Shown here: piece by piece, positions 13,971 through 25,695 of the stretch
Numbering within the stretch: position 1 is the stretch's first letter
Layout: every line of letters begins with the position of its first letter
DNA from: Squalus acanthias
Lineage: Eukaryota
DNA: 64,000 nucleotides
Direction of reading: 5' to 3'
NCBI GenBank assembly: GCA_030390025.1
Contig: JASTWF010000499.1
Span: 1 to 64,000, forward strand
The notes under the pieces: model-generated
Seen by the model: only the letters and a program-made list of their open reading frames with translations
Told to the model about the DNA's origin: nothing
Databases searched by the model: none
Made by a program: the position numbers and the translations under genes

Positions 13971-16351
13971 ATATCTCTAACCATTATGTTCCTGCCACGG
14001 GAATCTTTGTCGGGACAGTGCAGAGCAAGCTTTACTCTGTATCTAATCAGTGCTGCACCTGCCCTGGGATTGTTTAATGCGACATTGTTAAGGGAGATTT
14101 ACTCTGTATCTAACCCGTATTTTACCTGCCCTAGAAATGTTTGATAGGACAGTGTAGATCGAGCTATATTCTGTATCTAAACCGTGCTGTACCAGCTCTG
14201 GGAGTATTTGATGGGACGGTGTAGAGGGAGCTTTACTTACATCTAACCTGTGCTGTAACTGTCCTAGGTGTATTGATGGGAGAGTGTAGAGGGAGTTTTA
14301 TTCTGTATCTAACTGGTACTGTACCTCTCCTGGGTGTGAGTGATGGGTCAGTGTAGAAGGAGTTTTATTCTGTATCTAACTTGTACTGTACCTGCTCTGG
14401 GTGTGTTTGATGGGACAGTGTTGAGGGAGCTTTACTCTGTATCTAACCCGTGCTGTCCCTGCCTGGGAGTGTTTGATGGGACAGTGTAGAGGGAGCTTTA
14501 CTCTGTATCTAACCCGTGCTGTCGCTGCCTGGGAGTGTTTGATGGGACAGTGTAGAGCGAGTTTTTTCTGTATCTAACCCGTTCTGTACCTGGCCTGGGA
14601 CTCTTTGATGGGAGAGTGTAGCGGGAGCTTTAACCTATCTCTAACCCGTACTGTGCCTGCCCTGGGAATGTTTGACGGGACAGTGTAGACGGAGGTTTAC
14701 TTTGTTTCTAACCCATGCTGTACCTGCTCTGGGAGTGTTTGATGGGACAGTGTAGAGGGAGCTTTATTCTGTATCTAACGTGAGCTGTACCTGCCCTGGG
14801 AATGTTTGATGGGACATTGTAGAGGGAGCTTTACTCTGCATCTAACCCGTGGCAATAACTGCCTTGGAAATGTTTGATGGGACAGTGTAGCGGGAGCTTT
14901 ACCCTATTTCTAACCCATACTGTGCCTATCCTGGGAATGTTTGACGGGACAGTGTAGGTACAGCACGTGTTAGATACAGAATAAAACTCTCTCTACACTC
15001 TCCCATCAAACACTCCCAGGGCAGGTACAGCACGGGTTAAATACAGAGTAATGCTCCCTCTACACTGTTCCATCAAACACTCCCAGGACAGGTACAGCAC
15101 GGGTTAGATATAGAGTAAAGCTCTTTCAAAAATATCCCATCAAACACTCCCAGTTGAAGTACATTACAGATTAGATACAGAATAACTCTCTCTCTGCAGT
15201 TTCCCATCAAACACTCCCAGGGCAGGTACAGAACGGGTTAAATACGGATTAATGCTCCCTCTACACTCTCCCATCAAATACTCGCAGAGCTGATACAGCC
15301 CAGGTTAGATATAGAACTTAGCACCAGCTGCACTTTCAGGTCAAATATTTCTAGTGCAGGTAAAATACGGGTTAGATACACAGTAAATATCCCTAAACAC
15401 TGTCGCATCAAACACTCCCAGGGCAGATGCAGCGCTGGTTAGATACTGAGTAAAGCTTCCTCTGTACTGTCCCGACAACCATTCCTAGGGCAGGCACAGT
15501 AATGGTTAGAAATAAGGTAAAGCTCCGTCTACACTGTCCGATCAAGCACAGCCAGGGCAGGTAGAGCACAGGTTAGATACAGAGTAAAGTTCGCTCTACA
15601 ATATCCCAACAAACACTCCCAGGGCAGACAGCACGCGTTAGATCCAGAGTAAAGCTCCCTCTACACTGTCCCATCAAACACTCCCAGGGCAGGTACAGCA
15701 CGGGTTAGATACAGAGTAAAGCTCCCTCTACACTGTCCCATCAAACACTCCCAGGGCAGACAGCACGCGTTAGATCCAGAGTAAAGCTCCCTCTACACTG
15801 TCCCATCAAACACTCAGAGGGCAGGTACAGCAAAGATTAGATTCAGCGTAAAGCTCCCTCAACACTGTCCCATCAAACACTCCCAGGCAGGTACAGCACT
15901 GTACCTGCCCTGGGAATGTTTGATGGGTCAGTGTAGAGGGAGCTTTACTCTGTACCTAACGTGAGCTGTACCTGCTCTCGGAGTGTTTGATGGGAGATTG
16001 TAGAGTAAGCTTTCCTCTGTGTCTAACGTGTGCTGTACCTGCTCTGGGAGCGTTTTATGCGACAGTGTAGAGGGAGATTTACTATGTATCTAACTCGTGC
16101 TGTACCTGCCTAGATAATTTTGATGGGACAGTGTAGCGGGAGCTTTACTCTGTATCTAACCCGTGCTGTACTTGCTCTGGGAGTGTTTGATGGGACAGTG
16201 TAGAGGGAGCTTTACTCTGTATCTAACTCGTGCTGTACCTGCCCTGGGAGTGTTTGATGGTCATGATGCGGAGATGCCGGTGTTGGACTGGGGTGGACAA
16301 AAATGAGAGGTCGCACAACACCAGGTTATAGTCCAACAGTTTTATTTGAAA

Positions 16352-16389
16352 TCACAAGCTTTCGGAGCTATCACTCCTTCCTCAGGTGA
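16352..16389 (-). ncRNA. Minimal hammerhead ribozyme motif
   Basis: Mirror image of 19119-19156. Confidence 0.75.
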
Positions 16390-16728
16390 AGTAAATTGGA
16401 TACAGAATCGCCAGAGCATATATAGATGGAAAAAAAAGCATGTGTACTTTACAATTGCAGACCAATAAATTAAATCATCCTGACTATCTGCCGAGGTGTG
16501 ATAAAGTTAATTAAGTCAGCCAGGAAGGTACCACATCAAAAGACATAGCAAGATACAACTGAGACAATGAGGTGTAGTCGCAGGGGTTCCAACGTGTCAA
16601 AAGCTGCCGTCTGTATGTAAAACGAAAAGCTTTAAAAAAAAAAAAAATTTACTTTTTTACTGGGAAAATTTTTACTTTTTTACTGGGAATCACATCTGTG
16701 AACAAGCTAACGACGACTCGAGTCCGGA

Positions 16729-17715
16729 TCACGTCATGTATCGTGACATAAACCCAAGATCCCGATTGAGACCGTCTTCATGAGTTCGGAACTTGGCTAT
16801 CAGTTTCTGCTCGATGATTTTGCGTTGTCGTGTGTTTCTAAGGTTGCCTTGGAGAACGCTTACCCGCAGATCCGAGGCTGAATGTCCTTGACTGCTGAAG
16901 TGTTCCCCGACTGGGAGGTAACAATCCTGCCTGGCGATTGTTGCGCGGTGCTCGTTCATACGTTGTCTCAGTGTCTGCATGGTCTCGCCGATGTACCATG
17001 CCGCGGTGCATTCTTTCCTGCAACGTATGAGGTAGACAACGTTGGCCGAGTCACATGAGTATGTACCATGTACCTGGTGGGTAGTGTCCTCACGTGTGAT
17101 GGTGGTATCTGTGTTGATGATCTGGCATGTCTTGCAGAGTTTGCCATGGCAGGGTTGTGTGGTGTCGTGGTCGCTGTTATCCTGAAAGCTGGGTAATTTG
17201 CTGCGAACGATGGTACTTCTGAGGTTAGGCGGCTGTTTGAAGGCAAGTAGTGGAGGCGTGGGGATGGCCTTAGCGAGGTGTTTGTCGTCATCGATGACAT
17301 GTTGAAGGCTGCGAAGAACATGTCGTAGTTTCTCCGCTCCGGGGAAGTACTGGACGACGTAGGGTACCCTGTTGGTTGTGTCCCGTGTTTGCCTTCTGAG
17401 GAGGTCTATGCGATTTTTCGCTGTGGCCCGTCGGAACTGTCGATCGATGAGTCGAGCGTCATATCCCGTTCTTACGAGGGCGTTTTTCAGCGTCCGTAGG
17501 TGTCCATCGCGTTCCTCCTCGTCTGAGCAGATCCTGTGTATTCGCAGGGCTTGTCCATAGGGGATGGCTTCTTTAACATGGTTAGGGTGGAAGCTGGAGA
17601 AGTGGAGCATCGTGAGGTTGTCCGTGGGCTTGCGGTAGAGTGAAGTGCTGAGGTGTCCGTCTTTGATGGAGATTCGTGTGTCCAGGAATGAGACCGATTC
17701 TGAGGAGTAGTCCAT
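16729..17715 (-). CDS. Truncated PLE ORF: RT C-terminus/thumb + Cys linker + GIY-YIG endonuclease (left arm)
   Basis: SFLDTRI, YRKPT, CHGKLCKTC, NVVYLIRC...WYIGET, HEDGLN; TE-derived, expression unknown. Confidence 0.8.
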   Translation of the reverse strand: MDYSSESVSFLDTRISIKDGHLSTSLYRKPTDNLTMLHFSSFHPNHVKEAIPYGQALRIHRICSDEEERDGHLRTLKNALVRTGYDARLIDRQFRRATAKNRIDLLRRQTRDTTNRVPYVVQYFPGAEKLRHVLRSLQHVIDDDKHLAKAIPTPPLLAFKQPPNLRSTIVRSKLPSFQDNSDHDTTQPCHGKLCKTCQIINTDTTITREDTTHQVHGTYSCDSANVVYLIRCRKECTAAWYIGETMQTLRQRMNEHRATIARQDCYLPVGEHFSSQGHSASDLRVSVLQGNLRNTRQRKIIEQKLIAKFRTHEDGLNRDLGFMSRYMT

Positions 17716-17793
17716 GGTGAGTTTGACATAAACATAACATAACATTGACATAAACATAACATAAACAAGTTCCATCCCACCATCAAACTCACC

Positions 17794-18780
17794 ATGGACT
17801 ACTCCTCAGAATCGGTCTCATTCCTGGACACACGAATCTCCATCAAAGACGGACACCTCAGCACTTCACTCTACCGCAAGCCCACGGACAACCTCACGAT
17901 GCTCCACTTCTCCAGCTTCCACCCTAACCATGTTAAAGAAGCCATCCCCTATGGACAAGCCCTGCGAATACACAGGATCTGCTCAGACGAGGAGGAACGC
18001 GATGGACACCTACGGACGCTGAAAAACGCCCTCGTAAGAACGGGATATGACGCTCGACTCATCGATCGACAGTTCCGACGGGCCACAGCGAAAAATCGCA
18101 TAGACCTCCTCAGAAGGCAAACACGGGACACAACCAACAGGGTACCGTACGTCGTCCAGTACTTCCCCGGAGCGGAGAAACTACGACATGTTCTTCGCAG
18201 CCTTCAACATGTCATCGATGACGACAAACACCTCGCTAAGGCCATCCCCACGCCTCCACTACTTGCCTTCAAACAGCCGCCTAACCTCAGAAGTACCATC
18301 GTTCGCAGCAAATTACCCAGCTTTCAGGATAACAGCGACCACGACACCACACAACCCTGCCATGGCAAACTCTGCAAGACATGCCAGATCATCAACACAG
18401 ATACCACCATCACACGTGAGGACACTACCCACCAGGTACATGGTACATACTCATGTGACTCGGCCAACGTTGTCTACCTCATACGTTGCAGGAAAGAATG
18501 CACCGCGGCATGGTACATCGGCGAGACCATGCAGACACTGAGACAACGTATGAACGAGCACCGCGCAACAATCGCCAGGCAGGATTGTTACCTCCCAGTC
18601 GGGGAACACTTCAGCAGTCAAGGACATTCAGCCTCGGATCTGCGGGTAAGCGTTCTCCAAGGCAACCTTAGAAACACACGACAACGCAAAATCATCGAGC
18701 AGAAACTGATAGCCAAGTTCCGAACTCATGAAGACGGTCTCAATCGGGATCTTGGGTTTATGTCACGATACATGACGTGA
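17794..18780 (+). CDS. Truncated PLE ORF: RT C-terminus/thumb + Cys linker + GIY-YIG endonuclease (right arm)
   Basis: 328-aa ORF with the same translation as the left arm; lacks the YIDD catalytic core. Confidence 0.8.
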   Translation: MDYSSESVSFLDTRISIKDGHLSTSLYRKPTDNLTMLHFSSFHPNHVKEAIPYGQALRIHRICSDEEERDGHLRTLKNALVRTGYDARLIDRQFRRATAKNRIDLLRRQTRDTTNRVPYVVQYFPGAEKLRHVLRSLQHVIDDDKHLAKAIPTPPLLAFKQPPNLRSTIVRSKLPSFQDNSDHDTTQPCHGKLCKTCQIINTDTTITREDTTHQVHGTYSCDSANVVYLIRCRKECTAAWYIGETMQTLRQRMNEHRATIARQDCYLPVGEHFSSQGHSASDLRVSVLQGNLRNTRQRKIIEQKLIAKFRTHEDGLNRDLGFMSRYMT

Positions 18781-19118
18781 TCCGGACTCGAGTCGTCGTT
18801 AGCTTGTTCACAGATGTGATTCCCAGTAAAAAAGTAAAAATTTTCCCAGTAAAAAAGTAAATTTTTTTTTTTTTAAAGCTTTTCGTTTTACATACAGACG
18901 GCAGCTTTTGACACGTTGGAACCCCTGCGACTACACCTCATTGTCTCAGTTGTATCTTGCTATGTCTTTTGATGTGGTACCTTCCTGGCTGACTTAATTA
19001 ACTTTATCACACCTCGGCAGATAGTCAGGATGATTTAATTTATTGGTCTGCAATTGTAAAGTACACATGCTTTTTTTTCCATCTATATATGCTCTGGCGA
19101 TTCTGTATCCAATTTACT

Positions 19119-19156
19119 TCACCTGAGGAAGGAGTGATAGCTCCGAAAGCTTGTGA
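19119..19156 (+). ncRNA. Minimal hammerhead ribozyme motif
   Basis: tcac-CTGAGGA-a-ggag tgatag ctcc-GAAA-gc-TT-gtga. Confidence 0.75.
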
Positions 19157-19206
19157 TTTCAAATAAAACTGTTGGACTATAACCTGGTGTTGTGCGACCT
19201 CTCATT

Positions 19207-21365
19207 AGTGTTTGATGGGACAGTGTAGATGGACCATTACTCTGTATCTAACCCGTGCTGTACCTGCCCTGGGAGTGTTTGATGGAACAGTGTAGAGGGA
19301 GCTTTACTCTGTATCTAACGCGTCCTGTACCTGCAATGGGAGTGTTTGATTGGACAGTGTAGAGGGAGCTTTACTCTGTATCTAACCCGTTCTGCACCTG
19401 CCCTGGGAGTGTTTGATGGGACAGTGTAGAGAGAGCTTTACTATGTATCTAACCCGTGCTGCACCTGCCCTGGGAGTGTTTGATGGGACAGTGTAGAGGG
19501 AGCTTTAATCTGTATCTAACATGTGCTGTACCTGCCCCGGGAGTGTTTGTGGGACAGTGTTGAAGGAGCTTTACTCTGTATCCAACCTGTGCTATACCTG
19601 CCTTGGGAACGTTTCATGGGACAGTGTAGCGGTAGCTTTACCATATTTCTAACCCGTACTGTGCCGGACTTGGCATGTTTGACGGGACAGTGTAAAGCGA
19701 GCTTTACTCTGAATCTTACCCGTGCTGTACCTGCCCTTGGAGTGTTTGTTGGGACAGTGCAGAGGGAGCTTTTCCCTGTATCTAACCGGTGCTGTATCTG
19801 CCCTGGGAGTGTTTGATGGAACAGTGTAGATGGAGCTTTACTCTGTATCTAACGCGGGCTGTAACAGCTCAGGGTGTCTTTGATGGGAGAGTGTAGAGGG
19901 AGCTTTACTCTGTATCTAAACAGTGCTGTGCCTGCCCTGGGAGTCTTTGATGGGACGGGGTAGAGGGAGCTTTACTTTGTATTTAACCCGTGCTGTAGCT
20001 GTCCAGGGAGTGTTTGTTGGGACATTGTAGAGGGCTGCTTTACTTTATATGTAACGTGGCATCACCTGCCCTGGCAGCTTTTGATGAGCCAGTGTAGGGG
20101 GAGCTTTGTTTTGTATCTAACCTGTACAGTACCTGCCCTGGGAGGGTTTATGGTGCAAGGTAGAGGGAACTTTACTCTGTGTCTAATCCCTGCTGTACCT
20201 GCCTTTGGTGTGATTGATGGGACTTTGTAGAGGGAGCTTTACTCTGTATCTAACCCATTCTGTACCAGCCATGGGTGTGTATGATTGGACAGTGCAGTGA
20301 GAGCTTTACTCTGTATCTAAACTGTACTGTACCTTCCCTGGGAGTGTTTGATGAGCCAGTGTAGAGGGAGTTTTATTCAGTATCTAACCCGGACTGTACC
20401 AGCTCTGTGAGTGTTTGATGGGACAGTGTAGAGGGAGCTTTACTCTAAATCTAACGCGTGCTGTCTGCCCTGGGAGTGTTTGATGGGACAGTGTAGAGGG
20501 AGCTTTACTTACATTTAACCTGTGCTGTACCTGTCCTGGGTGTATTGATGGGAGAGTGCAGAGGGAGCATTAATCTGTATCTAATCTGTACTGTACTTTA
20601 ACTGGGAGTGTTTGATGGGACATGGTAGAGGGAGCTTTATTCTGTACCTAGCCCGTGTTTTACCTGCCCTGTGAGTGTTTAAGGGGAGAGTGTAGAGGGA
20701 GTTTTATTCTGTATCTAACTCGTACAGTACCTGCCCTGGTTGTGAGTGATGGGACAGTGTAGAGCGAGTTTTATTCTGTTTCTAACTCATACTGTACCTG
20801 CTCTGGGTGTGTTTGATGGGACATTGTAGACGGAGCTTTATTCTGTATTTAACTCGTACTGTACCTGCTCTGGGAGTGTTTGATGGGACAGTGTAGAGGA
20901 AGCTTTACTCTGTATCTAACCCGTGCTGTACCTGCCCTGGGATTGTTTGATGGGACAGTGCAGAGGCAGATTTACTTTGTACCTAATAGGGCATCGCTTG
21001 CCCTGGGAGTGTTTGATGAGCCAGTGTCGAGGGTGCTTTATTCTGTCTCTAACCTGTACTGTACCTGCCCTTGGAGGGTTTTATGGGGCAGGATAGAGGT
21101 AGCTTTCCTCTGTATCAAACCCCTGCTGTACCTGCCCTGGGAGTGTTTAATTGGACAGTGTAGAGGGAGCTTTACTCTGTATCTAAACTGTGCTGTACCT
21201 GCCCTGGGTGTGTATGATTGGACAGTGTAGTGAGAGCTTTACTCTGTATCAAACCTGTACTGTACCTGCCCTGGGAGTGTTTGATGAGCCAGTATAGAGA
21301 GAGATTTATTGAGTACCGAACCCATGCTGTACCAGCCCTGGGTGTGTATGATGGGACAGTGTAGA
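19207..21365 (+). repeat. 67-bp satellite, continuation after the PLE insertion
   Basis: Same unit; its variant units mirror 6150-7300. Confidence 0.95.
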
Positions 21366-21725
21366 GCGATAGCATGTTTATGTAGATTTTAATTTTTACC
21401 GTTACTTTCACCAATCATCACACACTCGAGGTGTATATCAGTAGATTCTGTATGATGCTGAGGTCATCACTTGACAATAAACCGCAGAATCTGGTGGGCA
21501 GCTGCTCATTATCCTCGCTCTGATTTAATTCCCTTCCCAACTGAATACTACGGACAGACATGCTCACCTTGGTAACGGAATGGTCAGTGTGACATCGCTT
21601 TGGAACCAAGAGCGCTCAGAGAATGGGTTATCAATAAATGTTAAAGATATTAAACAATCTGCAATTTCATTTTGAATAAAAGAAAAGAAAATGCTGAAAT
21701 ATAACTGCTGAAGATAATCATTTAT

Positions 21726-22036
21726 GGGCAACACGGTGGCATAGTGGTTAGCACTGTTGCCTCACAGCGCCAGGGTCCCGGATTCGAATCCGACCACGGG
21801 TGACTGTCTGTGTGCAGCTTGCACATTCTCCCCGTGTCTGCGTGGGTTTCCTCCGGGTGCTCCGGTTTCCTCCCACAGTCCAAAGATGTGCGGGTTAGGT
21901 TGATTTGGCTATGATAAATTGACCCTTAGTGTAAGAGGGGATTAAATACATGGGGTTACGGGGATAGGGTGGGATATGTGTCGGTGCAGGCTCGATGGGC
22001 CGAAATGGCCTCTATCTGCACTGTGGGGATTCTGTG
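21726..22036 (+). mobile_element. tRNA-derived SINE (HE1-like shark SINE)
   Basis: A box GGTGGCATAGTGG, B box GGATTCGAATCC, V-SINE-like core GGGTTTCCTCCGGGTGCTCCGGTTTCCTCCCAC, CR1-type tail GATTCTGTG; empty site in the paralogous copy near 5800. Confidence 0.9.
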
Positions 22037-22426
22037 ATCTTTGTAGAATGCACTTGCAAAAATTAAGGCAATCACACACACACACACATATATAAAACAA
22101 ACACATTCTCTACGCTCTTTTCAGTTCTTCCTCTGAACCAGATGAGCGTTAGTGAACCCGGTGGTCATTATGACCCAGCGGCGGCCCAGCCGGCGGTGCT
22201 GTGAGGTCACGGTTCCAGGCTCTGTCACACAATCAGTGGGTGACGTGGAATCTAAATAGAAAATACTGCAGGAAAAACAATCCTTAACATTAAAAACTGC
22301 GATCAATTGGCACAGGGCAATACAAGTGTGAATTAGTAAACTTTAACACAGAGTTTGCCCCAAATAGAGAGTTGGACGAGTGCAGTAATAACTGAGACAT
22401 GATCTCGTGAAATATAAACAGATGTG

Positions 22427-22557
22427 AGACTTCACCTGACGAAGGAGCAGCGCTCCGAAATCTTGTGATTTCAAATAAAGCTGTTGGACTATAATCTGGT
22501 GTTGTGCGACTTCTCACATTTGTACACCCCAGTCCAACACCGGCATCTCCACATGAT
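22427..22557 (+). mobile_element. Paralogue of the mini-PLE at 5207-5424 with one arm mostly deleted; hammerhead motif at 22432-22468
   Basis: Reverse complement of 5207-5336 with the same flanks. Confidence 0.85.
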
Positions 22558-23340
22558 CAATATAAACAGAGACAGCGCCTAGTGTAATATAAAGAGAGAC
22601 AAGGTATAGTGTTATATAAACAGGGACAGGGTCTAGTGTAATATAAACATCAGACAGGGTCTAGTGTAATATAAACAGAGACAGGGTCTAGTGTAATATA
22701 AACAGAGACAGGGTCTAGTGTAATGTAAACAGAGACAGGGTCTAACGTAATATAAACGAAGACAGGATCTAGTGTAATATAAACAGAGACAGTGTGTAGT
22801 GTAATATAAACAGAGACAGGGTCTAGTGTAATATAAACAGAGACAGGGTCTAGTGTAACATAAACAGAGACAGGGTCCTGTGTAATATAAACAGAGACAG
22901 GGTCTAGTGTAATATAAACAGAGACAGGGCCTAGTGTCATATTAACAGAGACAGGGTCTAGTGTATTTATAAACAGAGACATGGTCTAGTGTAATATAAA
23001 CAGAGACAGGGTCTAGTGTAATATAAACAGAGACAGGGTCTGGTGCAGTAATCAATGAGACAGGGTCTAATGCAATATATATTGGGACAGGTTCTAATGC
23101 AGTAATAACTGAGGCAGAGTAATATAAATAGGGACAGGGTGTATTACAGTTTTAACTGAGGCTGGTTCTCGTGCAATAATAACTGAGGCAGAGTCATATA
23201 AATAGGGATAGGGTCTATTGCAGTATTAACTGTGGCAGGTTCGAGTGCAGTAATAACTGAGGCAGAGTAATATAAATAGGGACAGTGTCTATTGCAGTAT
23301 TAACTGAGGCAGGTTCTAGTGCAGTAATAACTGAGGCAGC
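22558..23340 (-). repeat. 27-bp satellite, inverted, degenerating into the variant unit
   Basis: TGTAATATAAACAGAGACAGGGTCTAG repeats. Confidence 0.93.
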
Positions 23341-24004
23341 ACCTGTTCAGTGTAAGGTAAACAATCGAGTTTCGCTGCCACCTGGTGACCAAGGTTTGCG
23401 TTTGCTCCTATTGGGAAATGATGTCAGTTACTGCTTCTGATACTAATGCATCAAGAAACACCTTGCATTGATGTACCACCTCATCACATTCTGCGGTAAC
23501 TCCCAAAGGATTTAAAGTGCAACTAATTACAGGTGAACGTGGCCGATTCGCGCACAGAAAGATCAGCAAAAGAGCAAAGTGGCTCGGTTCCTGTTAATAT
23601 ATTTCTGTTGAACTTGGTTGAAGGGAGGAATGTTGACCCGGACACAGTGTGGGGCCCTGGGAGCTTTAATGTCCACCTCAACAGACAAGGTGCGGCGGGC
23701 GGGGAGAGATTATTGGTTCAGGAAAGGTAGTTACTTTTCAGTGCTGCACCGATTGGACGCCTAGTTAATGTGCTCAGGAGCTGAAGTTGAGGTGAAATCC
23801 ACAATCTACTGATTCTGAAACCAGAATAAAGTCACTTTAGCCAAGCTGCTACTAAAATGCTTAATGGGCTCAGGTGACATTTTATATCCACTATTTTATA
23901 ATAACATCGGTTATTACCGTCACCATTAAGCGTCCACAACCTAATATCACAAATAGCAACTTCAAGATTTCAATTACAAAACTTGTGATTAATGCAATTT
24001 CAAT

Positions 24005-24525
24005 TCACAGAATCCTGGGATCTACGGCACAGAAGGAGGCCACTCGGCCCATCGTGCCTGTGCCTGTTCCAGCTCTTTGAATGAGCTGTCCAATTACTTC
24101 CACTCTCCTGTTCTGTCTCCAAAGCCCTGTAAATGTTTCCTTTCAAGTATTTATCCAATTCCCTTTTGAAAGATTCTGTTGAATCTGCTTCCGCCACCCT
24201 TTCAGGCAGTGCAATCCAGATCACAACAACTCGCTGAAAAAATATCTCCTCAGATCCCCGCTGTTTTTTTGCCAATTATCCTAAATCTGTGTCCTCTGGT
24301 TACCGACACTGCTGCCAGTGGAAACATTATCTCACTATCAACTCGATCAAAACCCTTTATGATTTTCAACAGTTCTATTAAATTCCCTTTAACCTTCTCT
24401 GCTCGAAGGAGAACAACCCCAGCTTCTCCAGTCTCTCCACATAACTGAAGTCCCTCATCCCTGGTACAATTCTAGTAAATCTCCTCTGCACCCTCTCCAA
24501 GACCTTGATATCCTTCCTAATGGGT
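24005..24525 (-). mobile_element. CR1 LINE 3' fragment
   Basis: FFQRVVVIWIALP..AEADS..FKRELDKYL C-terminal signature; CACAGAAT tail. Confidence 0.85.
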
Positions 24526-24739
24526 GGATTGAAGTAAATTCAATCTTTATTTCTCCTTCAGCTTAAATTAAAATCTGAAATCTCTCATCATTACCGTAGC
24601 TACCTTTTCTAGGGCTGTCCCAGTGAATCTGAGCTGTTACAGTCTCTATAACTTTAATGCCCTTCCTATAATGTGACGTCAGGCACTGCACACACACTCT
24701 AACATTGTGCCAACCAGCCCAGCGGTTTTAATACTAAAC

Positions 24740-25020
24740 TCCATCAATTGCAGCTCATCCAGAACTCTGCTGCCCGCATCATAACTCGCACCAAGTCCCG
24801 TTCACCCATCACCCCTGTGCTCACTGACCTACATTGACTCCCGGTCCGGCAACGCCTGGATTTTAAAAATCTCCAGACTTGTTCTAAAATTCCACCATAG
24901 CCTCGCTGCTCCATATCTCTGTAAACTCCTCTATCCCTACAATACTGGTCTTTTGTACAACCCCACGCCCTGTGGCACACCAATAACGGCCGCGCCTTCA
25001 TCTGTTGAGGCCCTAAACTC
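24740..25020 (+). mobile_element. L2-type LINE 3' ORF fragment
   Basis: LQLIQNSAARIITRTKSRSPITPVLTDLH. Confidence 0.75.
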
Positions 25021-25452
25021 TGTCTCACTTATTACTGCACTGGACCATGTCTCTACTTATATTGAACTAGGCCCTGTCTCAGTTATTACTGCACTAGACC
25101 CTGTCTCTGTTTATATTACACAAGGCCCTGTCTCAGTTATTACTGCACTGGACCATGTCTCTGTTTATATTACACAAGGTCCTGTCTCAGTTATTACTGC
25201 ACTAGACCATGTCTCTGTTTATATTACACAAGGCCCTGTCTCAGTTATTAATGCACTAGAGCATGTCTCTGTTTATATTACACTAGGCCCTGTCTCAGTT
25301 ATTACTGCACTAGTCAATGTCTCTGTTTATATTACACAAGGCCCTGTCTCAGTTATTGCTGCACTAGAAGATGCCTTTGTTTACATTACACAAGCCAGGT
25401 CTCCGTTTGTTTTGCACCAGTTCATGTATCTGCTGTATTACACTAGACCCTG
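25020..25452 (+). repeat. 27-bp satellite as alternating A/B units (54-bp dimer)
   Basis: 18-aa periodicity in ORF 24953-25453. Confidence 0.9.
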
Positions 25453-25657
25453 ACAATCTAAACTAATTGTCACAATTTTAATGGGGTGCAGGTCAGAGGT
25501 ACTTGGGGGAGTAAGTTCGTAGGCTGTTTAAAGGGAATACCGGATTCTTGGCTTTATAAATAAAGGTCATGATGCGGAGATGCCGGTGTTGGACTGGGGT
25601 GGACAAAAATGAGAAGTCGCACAACACCAGGTTATAGTCCAACAGATTTATTTAAAA

Positions 25658-25695
25658 TTACAAGCTTTCGGAGCTGTTGCCCCTTCGTCAGGTAA
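25658..25695 (-). ncRNA. Minimal hammerhead ribozyme motif
   Basis: Minus strand: ttac-CTGACGA-a-ggggc aaca gctcc-GAAA-gc-TT-gtaa. Confidence 0.75.

Larger units (their letters stand above)
6150..16260. repeat. 67-bp tandem satellite (GTGTTTGATGGGACAGTGTAGAGGGAGCTTTACTCTGTATCTAACCCGTGCTGTACCTGCCCTGGGA) with orientation switches near 7790, 9065, 11067, 14957 and 15897
   Basis: Unit period read directly (e.g. 8941 to 9008); interrupted by a CR1 and MITE-like insertions. Confidence 0.95.
16261..19206. mobile_element. Penelope-like (Neptune-type) retroelement: two 5'-truncated copies forming a near-perfect 1.42-kb inverted repeat
   Basis: Arms 16302-17726 and 17783-19206; same translated ORF on both strands; 41-nt tail on the left arm only; AGTGTTTGATGG on both flanks. 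Confidence 0.95.

Noticed and set aside
21726-21800. tRNA gene
   Set aside because: tRNA-like head of a SINE that continues into core and LINE-derived tail; second copy at 61781-62083
1-23340. CRISPR-like appearance of regular repeats
   Set aside because: Head-to-tail satellites without unique spacers; vertebrate context; no cas genes
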